Part shown: one piece after another, positions 37,800 to 46,576 of the stretch
Layout of the letters: each line of letters opens with the position of its first letter
Numbering within the stretch: position 1 is the stretch's first letter
From: Candidatus Uhrbacteria bacterium
Lineage (GTDB): Bacteria; Patescibacteriota; Patescibacteriia; UBA9934
Direction of reading: 5' to 3'
DNA length: 64,000 nucleotides
Assembly: GCA_943354605.1 (NCBI GenBank)
Contig: CALRCK010000001.1
Span: forward strand, 148,936-212,935
Notes under the pieces: generated by a model
The model's input: only the letters and a program-made list of their open reading frames with translations
Told to the model about the DNA's origin: nothing
Database searches by the model: none
Program-made: the position numbers and the translations under genes

Positions 37800-38171
37800 A
37801 TGGTATTTTCCCTCGGCGCACATCTCATTTTTGTCTCAGACGTAGAAGCGTCGAAAGCTTTTTATCGGGACATTCTTGGGTTTGCGCTTGTTGAGGAGAA
37901 TCCGCACTTTACCGAATATACGTTGCCCGGCGGGCGGCTGTACGTTGAGGAAAAGAATCCCAGCCGGGCAAAAGGTTTTGAGAATATTCATATCGGCGGT
38001 CCAACAGGAATCGTGCTCGCGGTTGACGATATTCGCGCCGCGATCGACGAGTTGCGACGCGCAGGCGTGACGATTCTCGTAGAGCCTATCCAACAGACAT
38101 GGGGCGGATGGAATGCCATTATTGCTGATGTGGATGGCAACCAACTTATTCTCGATGAAGATCATGCGTAA
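37800..38171 (+). CDS. VOC-family (glyoxalase/bleomycin-resistance fold) protein
   Basis: 'AHLIFVSDVEASKAFYRDILGF' and paired beta-alpha-beta-beta-beta modules. Confidence 0.6.
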   Translation: MVFSLGAHLIFVSDVEASKAFYRDILGFALVEENPHFTEYTLPGGRLYVEEKNPSRAKGFENIHIGGPTGIVLAVDDIRAAIDELRRAGVTILVEPIQQTWGGWNAIIADVDGNQLILDEDHA

Positions 38172-39387
38172 TTCTATGAACGTCATTACCGATGAACACA
38201 AAATTGATCGTCTCCTTACGCGCGGTGTCGCCGCCGTGTATCCAACTGCAGAAAAGTTGCGTGAACAGCTTATGAGCGGGCGGCGATTGCGTATTTACCA
38301 TGGCGTCGATCCTACGGCGCCGTACTTGCATATCGGCCACGCAGTGCAGTTCCGCAAGCTTCGCGAATTCCAGAATCTTGGTCATGAGGTGATTTTGTTG
38401 CTCGGATCGTTTACTGCGATGATTGGTGATCCAACGGATAAGCTCGCAACACGAAAGCAGCTCACCAAACAGGAAGTGCTCAACAACGCCGCAACGTACA
38501 AAAAGCAGGCGTCGAAGATTCTCAAGTTCTCTGGCGACAACGCCGTGAAGCTGATGTTTAATGATAAATGGTTGGCAAAGATGACGTTTGCAAACGTTGT
38601 CGATCTTGCAAGTCACTTCACCGTTCAGCAGATGATGGAGCGCGACATGTTTGCGAAGCGCGAGGCTGAGCAGAAGCCAATTTATCTTCATGAATTCTTC
38701 TACCCGCTGATGCAGGGCTACGATTCTGTGGCGATGGATGTGGATGTCGAGCTTGGTGGAAATGACCAAACCTTCAACATGCTTGCGGGCCGCACGTTGA
38801 TGCGAGAGATGAAGCAGAAGGAGAAATTCGTCGTTGCAACGTCGCTCCTCACGAACAGCGAAGGAAAGAAGATGAGCAAGAGTGAGGGCGGCATCATCGG
38901 TCTCACTGATGCGCCGGAAGATATGTTTGGAAAGATCATGGCAATGGACGACAGCATGATCGTTCCATACTTCACGCTTGCAACTGATCTTGAAGATGAG
39001 GAAATCGCCGCTGTTGAATCCGCGATTGCTGGCGGCATGAACCCGCGTGATGCAAAGATGCGCTTGGCCGAAACGGTGGTGGAGACGTACCACAACAAGA
39101 GCAAAGCGAAGGCGGCGAAGAAGCATTTCTTGCAAGTGTTCAGCAACAAAGAAATGCCAGATGTTATTCCAGAACTACAACTGAGCGGTCGAACGCTGAC
39201 CATCGTTGAAGTGTTGGTTGAGGCTGGATTCGCGCCATCGAAGGGCGAGGCAAAGCGGCTTATCGAACAGGGTGGTGTAAAGATCGGATCCGGAGTTGTC
39301 GGCGATCCGATGTTGCAGGTTTCGCCTCGTACTGATGAAGTGATAGTCCAAAAGGGCAAGCGATTCTTCGTGAAACTTCTTCCATAA
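38164..39387 (+). CDS. tyrS: tyrosyl-tRNA synthetase
   Basis: 'PTAPYLHIGHAVQFRKL' (HIGH), 'KMSKSEGG' (KMSKS), and a C-terminal S4 domain. The start may be at 38176 instead. Confidence 0.9.
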   Translation: MRNSMNVITDEHKIDRLLTRGVAAVYPTAEKLREQLMSGRRLRIYHGVDPTAPYLHIGHAVQFRKLREFQNLGHEVILLLGSFTAMIGDPTDKLATRKQLTKQEVLNNAATYKKQASKILKFSGDNAVKLMFNDKWLAKMTFANVVDLASHFTVQQMMERDMFAKREAEQKPIYLHEFFYPLMQGYDSVAMDVDVELGGNDQTFNMLAGRTLMREMKQKEKFVVATSLLTNSEGKKMSKSEGGIIGLTDAPEDMFGKIMAMDDSMIVPYFTLATDLEDEEIAAVESAIAGGMNPRDAKMRLAETVVETYHNKSKAKAAKKHFLQVFSNKEMPDVIPELQLSGRTLTIVEVLVEAGFAPSKGEAKRLIEQGGVKIGSGVVGDPMLQVSPRTDEVIVQKGKRFFVKLLP

Positions 39388-39388
39388 T

Positions 39389-41095
39389 ATGACCGCACGA
39401 AGTGTTGCACGGAAAGAGGTGTTTACCGCGCTCAAAAAGGCGTTGGGAAAAACATTCACCCTCACGGCGGACATGATTGTGTCGCCGCCAAAGCCGGGAT
39501 TCGGCGACTTGTGCTTTCCGTGTTTTACGTTGGCAAAGGGTATGAGTCGCAACCCGGCCGAGATCGCCACAGAACTTGCGGCAAAGATTGGGCCGTCGAA
39601 GATGATCAAGAAAATTACGTCCGCTGGGCCGTATGTGAACTTCACGTTTGACGACGAAGCGTTTGGTGCGCACGTGCTTGATGATGTCGCAAAGGCCAAG
39701 AAGCGATACGGTCGAGGCACCACAGGGAAGGGGAAGCGTGTGCTTGTAGAATACGCACAGCCAAATACACACAAAGAATTCCACGTTGGCCATTTGCGCA
39801 ACGCTATCTATGGTCAGTCGATCGTGAACCTTGTTTCGGCGAATGGATACGACACGATTGCTGCGGCGTATATTGGCGACATTGGGGCACACGTCGCAAA
39901 GGCGATTTGGGGATTCAAAAAGTTCTACGGCGAAGAGGCTGTTGCAAAGGAAAATCGCGCAAAGGTTCTTGGCGATGCGTACACGAAGGCGACACAATAT
40001 ATCGACGACCATCCAGACGCGAAGGAGGAGATTTCCGATATTCAACGAAAGCTCGAGGCTGAAGAGCAGCCTTGGCTTGGATTGTGGAAGGAAACGCGGG
40101 AGTGGAGTTTGGACGAGTTCCGAAAGGTGTTCGCCGAGCTCGGCGTGAAGCCGGGCGTATGGTACTTCGAAAGCGAAGTAGAGAAGCCGGGGAAAGAGCT
40201 TGTTCGGAAAATGCTGACCGATGGAATCGCAAAGAAGAGCGAGGGCGCGACGATTGTTGATCTTGCCGACGAAAATCTTGGTGTGTTCCTTGTATTAAAG
40301 ACCGATGGGTCGTCGTTGTACGCAACAAAAGATCTTGCGCTCGCGCTACAGAAAGATCGCGATTACGCCCCGGACCGGCAGATTTTTGTCATCGATGTGC
40401 GACAGTCGCTGTACATGAAGCAGCTGTTCGCAACATTGAAGCGCCTCGATTTCCATAAGGAGCTTGTGCATGTTGGCTACGAAATGGTGACATTGCCCGA
40501 TGGTGCGATGTCGTCGCGAAAGGGGAATATTGTTCGCTACGACGAGCTTCGCGATGCGATGTTCCAGACACTCGTGGATTCCACGAAGCTTCGTCATCCA
40601 GAATGGAAGGAAAAGGCGGTGAACACGAATGCGTTAACTCTTGCACTCGCGGCAATGAAATTCATGATGCTTCGCCAAGACCCGGGGAAAATTTTGGTCT
40701 TCGACATGGAAGAGGCCATGGCGACGGATGGATTCACGGGGCCGTATATTTTGTACACGATCGCTCGCATCAACAGTTTGCACGGAAAGACGAAGGTTTC
40801 CGCATTCCCGTTGGCATCGGCATTAACGGATCCCCAAGAGGTTCAGCTGTTGCGCAAAGTGTCGGAGTATCCCGACATTGTTGCACAGGCCGGAACGGAG
40901 ATGCGTCCATCGTTGGTGTGTTTGTACGCGTTTGAACTTGCGCAGATGTTCTCACGGTACTACGCCGAAGTGCACATGATTGACGAAGATCAACCATCGT
41001 TGACTGCCGCGAGACTCGGATTAGCGGATATTGTGAGCTCGACTTTAACGAACGCGATGGAGCTTCTGAATATTCAGGTTGTGAAGTCGATGTAG
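39389..41095 (+). CDS. argS: arginyl-tRNA synthetase
   Basis: 'EYAQPNTHKEFHVGHLRNAIYGQSI' and a C-terminal DALR-like anticodon-binding domain. Confidence 0.9.
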   Translation: MTARSVARKEVFTALKKALGKTFTLTADMIVSPPKPGFGDLCFPCFTLAKGMSRNPAEIATELAAKIGPSKMIKKITSAGPYVNFTFDDEAFGAHVLDDVAKAKKRYGRGTTGKGKRVLVEYAQPNTHKEFHVGHLRNAIYGQSIVNLVSANGYDTIAAAYIGDIGAHVAKAIWGFKKFYGEEAVAKENRAKVLGDAYTKATQYIDDHPDAKEEISDIQRKLEAEEQPWLGLWKETREWSLDEFRKVFAELGVKPGVWYFESEVEKPGKELVRKMLTDGIAKKSEGATIVDLADENLGVFLVLKTDGSSLYATKDLALALQKDRDYAPDRQIFVIDVRQSLYMKQLFATLKRLDFHKELVHVGYEMVTLPDGAMSSRKGNIVRYDELRDAMFQTLVDSTKLRHPEWKEKAVNTNALTLALAAMKFMMLRQDPGKILVFDMEEAMATDGFTGPYILYTIARINSLHGKTKVSAFPLASALTDPQEVQLLRKVSEYPDIVAQAGTEMRPSLVCLYAFELAQMFSRYYAEVHMIDEDQPSLTAARLGLADIVSSTLTNAMELLNIQVVKSM

Positions 41096-41215
41096 GACTT
41101 CCTCATTTGGTCTATTTTCGATTTGCGCCATCGCAAACTCGCTCAACGTACACATGAAGTACGTCTCGCGAGCTTTGCTCGTCGCGCATCGAAACTAGCC
41201 TCAAATGAGAAACTC
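41096..41215 (+). mobile_element. ~120-bp MITE-like element with TIRs (copy D)
   Basis: Begins at the base after the argS stop with 'ggacttcctcatttggtctattttcga ... tcgaaactagcctcaaatgagaaactcc'. The core is near-identical to copy C. Confidence 0.75.
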
Positions 41216-41256
41216 CTATAATCTAGCCTATAATCAGTTATTATCTTGAAATCTTT

Positions 41257-41631
41257 ATGGCAAAAGGAACAGGTCCGGAAACGATCATTGCGCACGGAGT
41301 GCGGCTGGAAGGTGATTTGCATGCAGAAGGCGATATCGTGATTGAAGGCGAGGTGCACGGCACCGTCAAAACAAAGGGCGATCTTCGTATCGGCGATCAG
41401 GCTCTTGTGGAGGCGAACATTGAGGCAACGAATGCGGTGGTGAGCGGAGAAATTCGCGGGAACATTGTGGTTCATGGAAAGCTCGAGCTGTTCCCGTCGT
41501 CAAAAATGACCGGCGATGTCACAACAGAAGTTCTTGCGATCGGCCCCGGCGCGCAGGTGAACGGCAATATCAGCATGGGTGGCGAAGTCGTGAAGGGAAA
41601 GAAGCGTGCTGAGGCGGTTGATGAATCCTAA
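41257..41631 (+). CDS. bactofilin (CcmA-like polymer-forming cytoskeletal protein)
   Basis: Repetitive beta-helical 'GDLHAEGDIVIEGEVHGTVKTKGDLRIG...' DUF583 pattern. Confidence 0.8.
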   Translation: MAKGTGPETIIAHGVRLEGDLHAEGDIVIEGEVHGTVKTKGDLRIGDQALVEANIEATNAVVSGEIRGNIVVHGKLELFPSSKMTGDVTTEVLAIGPGAQVNGNISMGGEVVKGKKRAEAVDES

Positions 41632-41633
41632 GT

Positions 41634-42368
41634 GTGTATTGCTACGTGTACGACGAAGCGCTCCAAGACCGACGGTTTGAGCGAGAGCTCGCCCAAATTG
41701 AAACGCGCTTAACGGACTTGGGTATTGCCGGCAAGATTGCTCGCTTGGCCTTGTTTCGCGAACCGATCGAGTTGATTCGCGACGAAATTCGCGGGGGAGT
41801 GACGACTGTGGTTGCGGTAGGGAACGACATGACGCTTCGGCGGGTGATTGACGCTGTGCAAGATCGAAAAACCGTCGTGGCATTGCTTCCCGTTGGCCCA
41901 CAAGGCGGCATGGCCGAACTTTTGGGCATGCCAAGCGGCGTTGCGGCATGCGATGTGCTCAGTGCTCGAATCGTTGAAGAGCTCGATGTCGGCGAAGTGA
42001 ACGGCAAGCGATTCGTGCAGTCCGTCCACATCGACGGAACAGATTTCTCTATCCATCACGGCAAACAGTATGTCATTACGCCAATGCGCAAAGCTTCCAT
42101 CGAGGTGAGAAACTTCGCTGCACCCGACGACGCCGGTATGATCAGTCCGATCGATGGCCGACTTTCTCTTATTCTTCGTCTTCCAAAGTTTTCATTATTC
42201 AAAGGCAAGGCCGACGTTGGCGTGATTCCGTTCGAAGAAATGTTCGTTGCTTGCGAAAATCACATTACCGCCACAGTGGACGGGGATCAGCTTCTAGGAA
42301 AAGATTTTTCCTTCCGTGTTATCCCGAAAGCGCTCCGATTGGTTACGGGGAAATCGAGGAAGTTTTAG
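41634..42368 (+). CDS. diacylglycerol-kinase-catalytic-domain lipid kinase (YegS/BmrU-like)
   Basis: 'VVAVGNDMTLRRVIDAV' corresponds to the GGDGT region of DAGK_cat. Confidence 0.6.
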   Translation: MYCYVYDEALQDRRFERELAQIETRLTDLGIAGKIARLALFREPIELIRDEIRGGVTTVVAVGNDMTLRRVIDAVQDRKTVVALLPVGPQGGMAELLGMPSGVAACDVLSARIVEELDVGEVNGKRFVQSVHIDGTDFSIHHGKQYVITPMRKASIEVRNFAAPDDAGMISPIDGRLSLILRLPKFSLFKGKADVGVIPFEEMFVACENHITATVDGDQLLGKDFSFRVIPKALRLVTGKSRKF

Positions 42369-42798
42369 TGTTTTGCAGGTACTCCTTTGAGAAATACACA
42401 ATCGACGCAACAAACATCGTGGTCGAGGTAAACGCGGAGAACATGCAATACTGGCAAATAGCGTGGATGACGAAGAATTGCAGATAGACGAACCAGGCGG
42501 AGAAGAGAAAACCGAAGGTTGTGGCGATGGCGATGAAGCGGAGGAGATCGAATTTTTTGGTTTCGAGAATAATGTACACGGAAAGGAAGATTGCCAGGTA
42601 GTAGAGCGCGCCAAGGAGGGCAACGGGAACACCCATGATTGATGAGTATTCGCTTTTTGTGACGAGATCGCATCCGTGAGTGATAGTGCAGGGAAGGGTG
42701 AATTGCGTGTAGTGCTGGATGGTGAGGTACGCCGCATCGAAGAATCCGACGATACTCACGCCAAGAACGGTGAAGGGATACCAGCGAGATGCGGACAT
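42343..42798 (-). CDS. vitamin K epoxide reductase (VKOR) family membrane protein
   Basis: Four TM helices, a 'TITHGCDLV' loop Cys pair, and a 'CQYC' active-site CxxC. Confidence 0.7.
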   Translation of the reverse strand: MSASRWYPFTVLGVSIVGFFDAAYLTIQHYTQFTLPCTITHGCDLVTKSEYSSIMGVPVALLGALYYLAIFLSVYIILETKKFDLLRFIAIATTFGFLFSAWFVYLQFFVIHAICQYCMFSAFTSTTMFVASIVYFSKEYLQNTKTSSISP

Positions 42799-42801
42799 AG
42801 T

Positions 42802-43512
42802 TTATTGCGCTGCTTCCGAGCTCGCGGAAGATGCTGGCGGGGTTTCTGTGTCGTGGATTGGCGGAAGTGCGGCGTCGATGAGCGCCTTAAACGGCTCGAG
42901 ACCTTGTGGGCTCTTAATTTCCATGCCGTTCAAGAAAAACGTTGGGGTTGCGTTGATATTCGCTGCATTGCCACCGTTCATGTCGTCTTTAATGGCGCTG
43001 AGAACGGCGTCGCTGGTAAGATCGGTTTTGAATTTTTCAACATCGAGACCAAGCGACGTTGCGTACCCAAGAAAAAGACCTGTTGGATCAGCTTCGGCGC
43101 TCCACGTTTTCTGGTTGCCGAACAGTACATCGTGCATCAAGAAAAACTTTCCCTGGATTCCTGCAGCTTCTGCGGCTTGAGCAGCGAGTTGAGCATTCGG
43201 ATGAATCGTTGTGAGTGGATAGTTACGATAGACGATTTTCAGCTTGTCGCCGTACGCTTCCTCAAGACCTTTCACGACTGGGAAATACGCACCACATGCC
43301 GGGCACTGGAAGTCGCTGTACTCCACGAGCACGACAGAAGCGTCCTTGTTGCCAACAAACCAATCGCTGTCGTTCACTGGAACGCTGAGGGTCTGTGGAT
43401 CATTTGCGTGGTCCTGTGCGTTGCCAATCCATGCCATGCCCGCAACCACCACAACGATGCCGGCAAGAATCGTGGTGATGCGCCCAACAAGCCCAAATTT
43501 CATGTTTGCCAT
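42802..43512 (-). CDS. DsbA-family thiol-disulfide oxidoreductase
   Basis: 'SDFQCPACGAYFPV' CxxC motif with an N-terminal membrane anchor. Sits immediately downstream of the VKOR gene. Confidence 0.75.
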   Translation of the reverse strand: MANMKFGLVGRITTILAGIVVVVAGMAWIGNAQDHANDPQTLSVPVNDSDWFVGNKDASVVLVEYSDFQCPACGAYFPVVKGLEEAYGDKLKIVYRNYPLTTIHPNAQLAAQAAEAAGIQGKFFLMHDVLFGNQKTWSAEADPTGLFLGYATSLGLDVEKFKTDLTSDAVLSAIKDDMNGGNAANINATPTFFLNGMEIKSPQGLEPFKALIDAALPPIHDTETPPASSASSEAAQ

Positions 43513-43577
43513 AGTGCGATAAGGGTATCAAAGAACAGGGAAACGAAAAAGAAGTCCGTTCAGGACTTCTTCATCGA

Positions 43578-43653
43578 TGGTGGACCGTATCGGGATCGAA
43601 CCGATGACCTTCTGACTGCCAGCCAGACGCTCTACCAGCTGAGCTAACGGCCC
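43578..43653 (-). tRNA. tRNA-Ala (anticodon GGC), G3:U70, CCA encoded
   Basis: The minus strand reads gggccgt|ta|gctc|agctggta|gagc|g|tctgg|cuGGCag|tcaga|aggtc|atcgg-ttcgatc-ccgat|acggtcc|a|cca. Confidence 0.8.
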
Positions 43654-43664
43654 AAAGGATGTCC

Positions 43665-43741
43665 TGGTGGACGCCGGGGGATTCGAACCCTCGACCCTCT
43701 CGGTGTAAACGAGATGCTCTAACCAGCTGAGCTAGGCGTCC
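43665..43741 (-). tRNA. tRNA-Val (anticodon TAC), CCA encoded
   Basis: The minus strand reads ggacgcc|ta|gctc|agctggtta|gagc|a|tctcg|uuUACac|cgaga|gggtc|gaggg-ttcgaat-ccccc|ggcgtcc|a|cca. Confidence 0.8.
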
Positions 43742-43823
43742 AAATATCCTATCGCCGAGCAATAGTACCGGAAGGCTTGAATCTTTTCAATCTTGAGGTT
43801 ATGCTTCTGCCCGTTCCTTTGGT

Positions 43824-45446
43824 CTATTTGCGCGGATGGTGAAATGGTAGACACGCCAGCTTGAGGGGCTGGTGGCCGCAAGGTCGTGGAGGTTCGAGTC
43901 CTCTTCCGCGCACCAATACAGAACTCAACGGCTTTTTCAAAGCCAGAAGGTGGGACGCGCGAAGCGCGTCCCACTGATTTCCCCCCATTTTTCCAAACGA
44001 ATTTGGAGCACCGCCTTCGGCGGTGCGCACTGTTTTTTCGCCAAGAAGCAGGTTCGAGCCAAAGATTTCTTTGGCAACGACCTTTTTCGCAAAAGGGTTG
44101 CTATCCCGTGCGATTCTACTTAGATTTTGAGCGTCTTTTATCCACTCCTTCATCGGTTCGAGCCAATCATTTTGCTTTTGTAGAAGTGAAGATATTTTCT
44201 CTTCCAGCGACTTCTTTGTAAATAACAACTTTGATTTTTCAGCACGATATATTTCTTGTTCAATAACTTGGTCTAAATAGCCGTCAAGAAGTCGCTGGAG
44301 CTTCGCTTCAATATTTTTGATTTCTTTTTTCACTTCTTCTACAAAAGCAGAATTAGACTGGGCAGATTTTTTGTGGTCTTGCAGAGCAAGACGATTTAGT
44401 TCTTCCGCCCAGTCTGGTGGCAAAGAAACTGATTTGATAAGTGATGATAGCTGTTTGTCTAATTCCTCTTGGCGAATACAAGGTTCGGGACATTTTATAT
44501 TTTTGTTTTTCTTTGAACAATGGTAGTAAGTGTAATTATGCACATTTCCATTTTTCTGTTTCTTAACCTTGTATTCGCCAGTTATCATCATTCCGCATGA
44601 GGCGCAAGAAATTAGTCCACAAAAAGGTTGAGGTTCATTTTTAGATTTTCTGTCAGGTACACCGCGAAGTTTCAAAATTTCTTGCGCCTTATCAAACAGT
44701 TTCTTTGACACAATTGGCTCGTACTTTCCCTCATGGCGTTCACCGCCATATTTGAACAAACCGATGTAAAAAGGATTGGAAAGAATAAAAGACGCTCTAG
44801 TTTTGGAGATTATCTTTCCGCCTCTCGAAACGATTCCATTTTTCGCCAAAAAGTTTGAGATGTCTTCTAATCTACTTTCACCTTTCGCGTATTTCTCAAA
44901 AGCCAAGCGAATGACGCGAGATTTTTTCTTGTCCACTACGACAGATTTTGTGCGAGAGTCGTTGATATACCCCACTGGCGCTTGGCTTGGATAATCGCCA
45001 TTACGAACTTTTTGGCGAAGCCCTCGTTTCGTGTTTTCGGAAAGAGAATCTACATAGTATTTGCTTTGCCCAAAGGCGATGTTGAGCATAAATTTTCCTT
45101 GTGAAGTGTTTTCACACCAAAAAGTTGGAAATTTCAATATCGCCAAATGCCCGCAATCCAAAAGATAAATTATTCGTCCACCGTCCACAGAATTGCGCGC
45201 CAAGCGATCCGGATGCCAAGCAAGGATAGCATTTGCATCGCCGTTTTCAATACGCGAAATCATTTTATTAAACACTGGACGACCAGGAATTTTAGCCGAT
45301 TGTTTTTCAATCAATTCTTCGGCGATATGCAAACCCTCTTGCTTGGCATACGCGCGCAATTCGGTGAGTTGGGCGTCAATAGATAAAACCTGCTTGTCCT
45401 CAACATCGGTGGACTTGCGGGCATACAAAAAGAATTTTTGTTCCAT
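43824..45446 (-). CDS. large serine recombinase (resolvase/invertase N-domain + recombinase domain + zinc ribbon)
   Basis: 'FFLYARKSTDVEDKQVLSIDAQ' catalytic Ser region, 'LAWHPDRLARN', and 'CGLISCASCGMMI...YYHCSKK' Cys cluster. I chose the start at 'MEQKFF' (45446). The frame stays open through IR1-L and antisense across tRNA-Leu, so the natural C-terminus is uncertain. Confidence 0.75.
   Translation of the reverse strand: MEQKFFLYARKSTDVEDKQVLSIDAQLTELRAYAKQEGLHIAEELIEKQSAKIPGRPVFNKMISRIENGDANAILAWHPDRLARNSVDGGRIIYLLDCGHLAILKFPTFWCENTSQGKFMLNIAFGQSKYYVDSLSENTKRGLRQKVRNGDYPSQAPVGYINDSRTKSVVVDKKKSRVIRLAFEKYAKGESRLEDISNFLAKNGIVSRGGKIISKTRASFILSNPFYIGLFKYGGERHEGKYEPIVSKKLFDKAQEILKLRGVPDRKSKNEPQPFCGLISCASCGMMITGEYKVKKQKNGNVHNYTYYHCSKKNKNIKCPEPCIRQEELDKQLSSLIKSVSLPPDWAEELNRLALQDHKKSAQSNSAFVEEVKKEIKNIEAKLQRLLDGYLDQVIEQEIYRAEKSKLLFTKKSLEEKISSLLQKQNDWLEPMKEWIKDAQNLSRIARDSNPFAKKVVAKEIFGSNLLLGEKTVRTAEGGAPNSFGKMGGNQWDALRASHLLALKKPLSSVLVRGRGLEPPRPCGHQPLKLACLPFHHPRK
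43830..43915 (+). tRNA. tRNA-Leu (anticodon GAG), type II, CCA encoded. Its 3' end is the junction of an inserted element.
   Basis: gcgcgga|tg|gtg|aaatggtaga|cac|g|ccagc|uuGAGgg|gctgg|long variable arm|gaggttcgagtcctc|ttccgcgc|a|cca. Confidence 0.8.
43909..44057 (+). repeat. IR1-L: ~150-bp inverted repeat (left copy) containing three GC hairpins, including gcaccgcc-UUCG-ggcggtgc
   Basis: Nearly identical, in reverse complement, to 45514-45661. Confidence 0.8.
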
Positions 45447-45513
45447 AGAGGGATTATAGCAAAAATTCTTTTTGTTGGGCAAATCCTTTTTTGAATTTGT
45501 ATCGCACGGGATT

Positions 45514-45661
45514 TCGAACCTGCTTCTTGGCGAAAAAACAGTGCGCGTCGCCGAAGGCGACGCTCCGAATTCGTTTGGAAAAATGGGGGGAAATCAGTGG
45601 GACGCGCTTCGCGCGTCCCACCTTCTGGCTTTGAAAAAGCCGTTGAGTTCTGTATTGGTGC
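45514..45661 (-). repeat. IR1-R: inverted copy of IR1
   Basis: Reverse complement of 43909-44057, with one point difference plus two compensatory base-pair swaps in the UUCG hairpin. Confidence 0.8.
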
Positions 45662-45970
45662 CTTTACTATACCAAGTTAGAACCTATTTTCAAAATAAAA
45701 TATCATAGTGTTTCCCGCGCGCTAAAGCGCCACCACGCGAAGCGTGGTGCTTCTGCTGAAGCAGAAGTGCGGGAAAACGCTCTGCACTCCGCCACAATGT
45801 TTTGGGGGCAAAGGAGGCGGAGTGCAGAAATGCGGAACGCGAGCGAAATTTTGCGAAATGCTGGGGGTTTGGGGGAAAGTATTTCGCAAAATTCGCTTCG
45901 CGTGCTTCCTGATTTTTTGGCGACAGAATTGCGGGGTAAAATTGTTCAAATTCGGATTTTTTGATATAAT
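45656..45970 (+). repeat. IR2-L: ~313-bp perfect inverted repeat (left copy) ending in an inward-facing promoter
   Basis: Exact reverse-complement match to 48518-48830. Contains hairpins ccacgcg/cgcgtgg, cttctgc/gcagaag and ctgcactccgcc/ggcggagtgcag. Confidence 0.85.
45942..45970 (+). promoter_or_regulatory. sigma70-like promoter TTGTTC-N17-TATAAT driving the HD-hydrolase gene (inside IR2-L)
   Basis: Perfect -10 and a 17-nt spacer, with the ATG 13 nt downstream. Confidence 0.55.
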
Positions 45971-45982
45971 GTTTTTGATATT

Positions 45983-46576
45983 ATGAAGTTTACTATCAAA
46001 GTTATTAATGCGATTAGCCAAGCAGCGATTTGGCATAAAGACCAAGTTCGCAAGGACTTTGAAGAAACGCCTTATATTGCGCATCCATTTTCTGTAATGC
46101 TGACCCTTTTGGAATTTACAAATGATGAAGATGTTTTAATCGCTTCATTATTCCATGATGTTTTAGAAGATGTAAATCTAAAACTTGCTGAAATTATAGA
46201 AAAAGAATATGGCTCCAAGGTTATAAAAATTGTAAAAGCATTGAGCGAAGACAAAGATCCTGAAAAACAAACTGATGCCAAAGCCACATGGCGCTCGAGA
46301 AAATTAGGATATTTAGAACATCTTAAACTTGCTCCGAAGGAGGTCCTTTTGATAAGCTGTGCGGACAAGCTAGACAATTACCATACGCTTGCCAACACCA
46401 TCGAAAATTACGGCTTCAATATAGCATTAAAAAATTTTAATGCTCCGCTCAAAGATCAATTATGGTTTGCTGATGAAATAATAGAAATTTTCAAGAACCG
46501 TCTACATGGTCATCCACTGGTCAATCGTCTTTCGCAAATAATCAATCACATCAAAATCCTATCAAATACTCATTAA
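45983..46576 (+). CDS. small alarmone hydrolase (SpoT/RelA-like HD-domain (p)ppGpp hydrolase, SAH)
   Basis: 'PYIAHPFSV...LFHDVLEDV...VKALSEDKD...RKLGYLEHL...CADKLDNYHTL' parallels the RelA/SpoT HD hydrolase motifs (HPL.V, HDVVED, VTK, RKM, KLADRLHN). AT-rich codon usage. Confidence 0.65.
   Translation: MKFTIKVINAISQAAIWHKDQVRKDFEETPYIAHPFSVMLTLLEFTNDEDVLIASLFHDVLEDVNLKLAEIIEKEYGSKVIKIVKALSEDKDPEKQTDAKATWRSRKLGYLEHLKLAPKEVLLISCADKLDNYHTLANTIENYGFNIALKNFNAPLKDQLWFADEIIEIFKNRLHGHPLVNRLSQIINHIKILSNTH

Noticed and set aside
43571-43762. 63-aa ORF on the minus strand
   Set aside because: It coincides with tRNA-Ala(GGC) and tRNA-Val(TAC).
45744-45986. 80-aa Cys-rich ORF present identically in both IR2 copies (also 48496-48744)
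   Set aside because: It lies inside a perfect repeat. The TTGTTC-N17-TATAAT promoter occupies its 3' end. No known fold. It may be real, given the ATGA overlap with the SAH start, but the evidence is insufficient.
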